Below, piece by piece: positions 62,426 through 64,000 of a stretch of 64,000 bases of DNA (position 1 is its first letter; each line of letters starts with the position of its first letter). Position numbers and translations under genes: made by a program. The stretch lies in the NCBI GenBank assembly GCA_963783575.1, contig CAWAOD010000018.1:32001-96000 (forward strand), written 5' to 3'. A model generated the notes under the pieces. That model was not told the origin of the DNA and made no database searches. It worked only from the letters and a program-made list of their open reading frames with translations. The stretch is from an uncultured Spirochaetota bacterium (GTDB lineage Bacteria; Spirochaetota; Brevinematia; Brevinematales; JAOACQ01).

Positions 62426-62989
62426 TTGAAAAATATTGCACTTTTATTAATCGATATCCAGAATGATTATTTCCCAGGAGGAAAAGTTAACTTACCGGAT
62501 AGCATAAAGGCTGCAGAGAATGCAAGGAAAGTACTTCAAGAGTTCCGTAATAATAACCTGCCGATAATACATATCCAGCATTTATCAGTCAGACCAGGAG
62601 CAACTTTTTTTATTCCGGATACAACCGGCACGGATATTCATATTACTGTGAAACCTGAAAATGGAGAAACAAGCATCAAAAAGAATTTTCCAAACAGTTT
62701 CCGGGAAACACAACTTAAAAATTTTCTTGATCAATGGCAGATTAATAGATTAGTCATAGCGGGAATGATGACTCAGATGTGTGTGGATGCCACAACTCGT
62801 GAGGCATTTGACCTGGGGTTTGAATGTACAGTTGTCACGGATGCATGCGCTGCAAATTCTCTTGAATGGAACAAACAAAAAATTTCAGCCGAAACAGTCC
62901 ATAATTCTTTCATTGCGGCATTGTCAGGAATTTATGCCAGAATAATAACTGCCTCAGAGACATCGACAATTATTTTAATTAATCATTGA
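62426..62989 (+). CDS. Isochorismatase-family cysteine hydrolase
   Basis: ALLLIDIQNDYF.GG, K..PNSF, GMMT.MCVD.T.R, DACA; RBS AGGAGG. Confidence 0.92.
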   Translation: MKNIALLLIDIQNDYFPGGKVNLPDSIKAAENARKVLQEFRNNNLPIIHIQHLSVRPGATFFIPDTTGTDIHITVKPENGETSIKKNFPNSFRETQLKNFLDQWQINRLVIAGMMTQMCVDATTREAFDLGFECTVVTDACAANSLEWNKQKISAETVHNSFIAALSGIYARIITASETSTIILINH

Positions 62990-63765
62990 TTGGTGGGAAT
63001 ATCGATTGTACCCTTGATAAATTCTTTTAATTCCGCATAAACGCTGATTGTTTTGAAGCCGATAACTTCAAAAGCCGGAATGATAAGTCTGATTGGCGTT
63101 CTGTTCTCATCATTAAGAATATAAAAATTAATCCCTACGCCGCCTATTTCTTCAAGATAAATCGAATCGGTGTCTTTACCCTTAAAATTAATTTTCTGGT
63201 AAGATGCTTTAAAAGAAGCTTTTTTAATATTTGTTCCAAAGAGATAGGCAATATCAATATTAACTTTATTTTTAATATGATAATTATAATCTATACCGCG
63301 CATACAGAATATTAGTGTGAAATAATTCCTTAATATACCTTCGTATTCAGCAGTCTTTTTTTCATAATTATACATTTTCTGCGCGAATTCAACTTTATGT
63401 CCGTCCAGCGAAAAATTGAATTTAATATTATCATGCCAGGAACCCTCGTTAATCCACCTTTCGTAATAAATCGGAATATAATTTTCTGGTACAATATATG
63501 AGATTGCACTGTCATCCACTTTGTACAATGATGATATGAATGGAGTTGTAAATAAATGCTCGCTTCCTATATAAACGTTATATCCATTATAATTTGTCGA
63601 TCCGTCGATAGAAACTTCCTGATCTCCGATATAAACCCCAAGGATGCTGACTGTTAGCTTGAGTTTTTCACCGATTTTAAAAGGATAATCTGGAAGAAAT
63701 TTAATATCAGCGAAGGATAAATCAAATAAAAGAATTAAAGACATGCATAATAATATTTTTTTCAT
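62983..63765 (-). CDS. Exported DUF3108-like protein
   Basis: Signal peptide; PF.IGEKL...V...G...G, YKVDD, EG, D..R.P. Confidence 0.65.
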   Translation of the reverse strand: MKKILLCMSLILLFDLSFADIKFLPDYPFKIGEKLKLTVSILGVYIGDQEVSIDGSTNYNGYNVYIGSEHLFTTPFISSLYKVDDSAISYIVPENYIPIYYERWINEGSWHDNIKFNFSLDGHKVEFAQKMYNYEKKTAEYEGILRNYFTLIFCMRGIDYNYHIKNKVNIDIAYLFGTNIKKASFKASYQKINFKGKDTDSIYLEEIGGVGINFYILNDENRTPIRLIIPAFEVIGFKTISVYAELKEFIKGTIDIPTNQ

Positions 63766-63772
63766 AAGATTC

Positions 63773-64000
63773 CTATTTTTTTTTCAATTGAATCATTTCT
63801 TCCCTTGCCATTTCCTCAACTGATTCATGTGCGGTATTTATCTGGTCTCTCTCGATTATCTCCTGCCTCATCATTTCTTCCACTATTTCATGTGCATGAT
63901 TTGTCTTATCCCTGTCGATAATTTCATTTCTCATCAATTCCTCTACAATCTCGTGGGCTTTATTTATCATATCTTTATCTTTCAGCTCAAGTCTCATCAT
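63773..64000 (-). CDS. C-terminal part of a 21-aa tandem-repeat coiled-coil protein (5' end outside the window)
   Basis: Three D..N.AHE.VEE..R.E.I units; frame open to the window edge. Confidence 0.7.
   Translation of the reverse strand: MMRLELKDKDMINKAHEIVEELMRNEIIDRDKTNHAHEIVEEMMRQEIIERDQINTAHESVEEMAREEMIQLKKK

Noticed and set aside
341..63515. Short antisense or alternate-frame ORFs in the ORF track
   Set aside because: They overlap well-supported genes and lack motifs or RBS; treated as shadow ORFs.
1..64000. CRISPR array or cas genes
   Set aside because: No regularly spaced direct repeats and no Cas motifs; the repeats found are dispersed.

Overview
AT-rich bacterial chromosomal segment, mostly housekeeping. 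It is probably from a spirochaete; this is an inference from the DUF5312-like gene, the fliK-flgD-flgE-flbD block, the PSP1 gene and the LamG/FN3 protein. Recognisable genes are hppA, a GH13 glycosidase, hflX, tRNA-Thr(CGT), pyrG, panC, flagellar hook genes, dciA, der, asd, ssb, lepA, maf, mtgA, polA, lysS and a mitochondrial-type aconitase, plus one intact IS1182-family element. hppA, a BaiN/HI0933-like gene and polA are broken by single-base indels that look like assembly errors, and two GNAT genes carry in-frame stops. The most striking unexplained structure is a dispersed short palindrome, YRAGCR-NCA-YGCTYR-TT, with compensatory stem changes. It occurs both 'empty' and with REP-like hairpins, and once the IS1182, nested in its loop. 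Other oddities: a ~65-aa insertion in PyrG, two apparent pseudo-enzymes (a serine hydrolase lacking SxxK and an HNH-like protein lacking H/N), tandem FecR-barrel/barrel paralogs, Thr-Asn enrichment in exported proteins and a 21-aa repeat protein at the right edge. No CRISPR array, rRNA, prophage or defence island was seen. All family assignments come from motif recognition by eye, not database searches.
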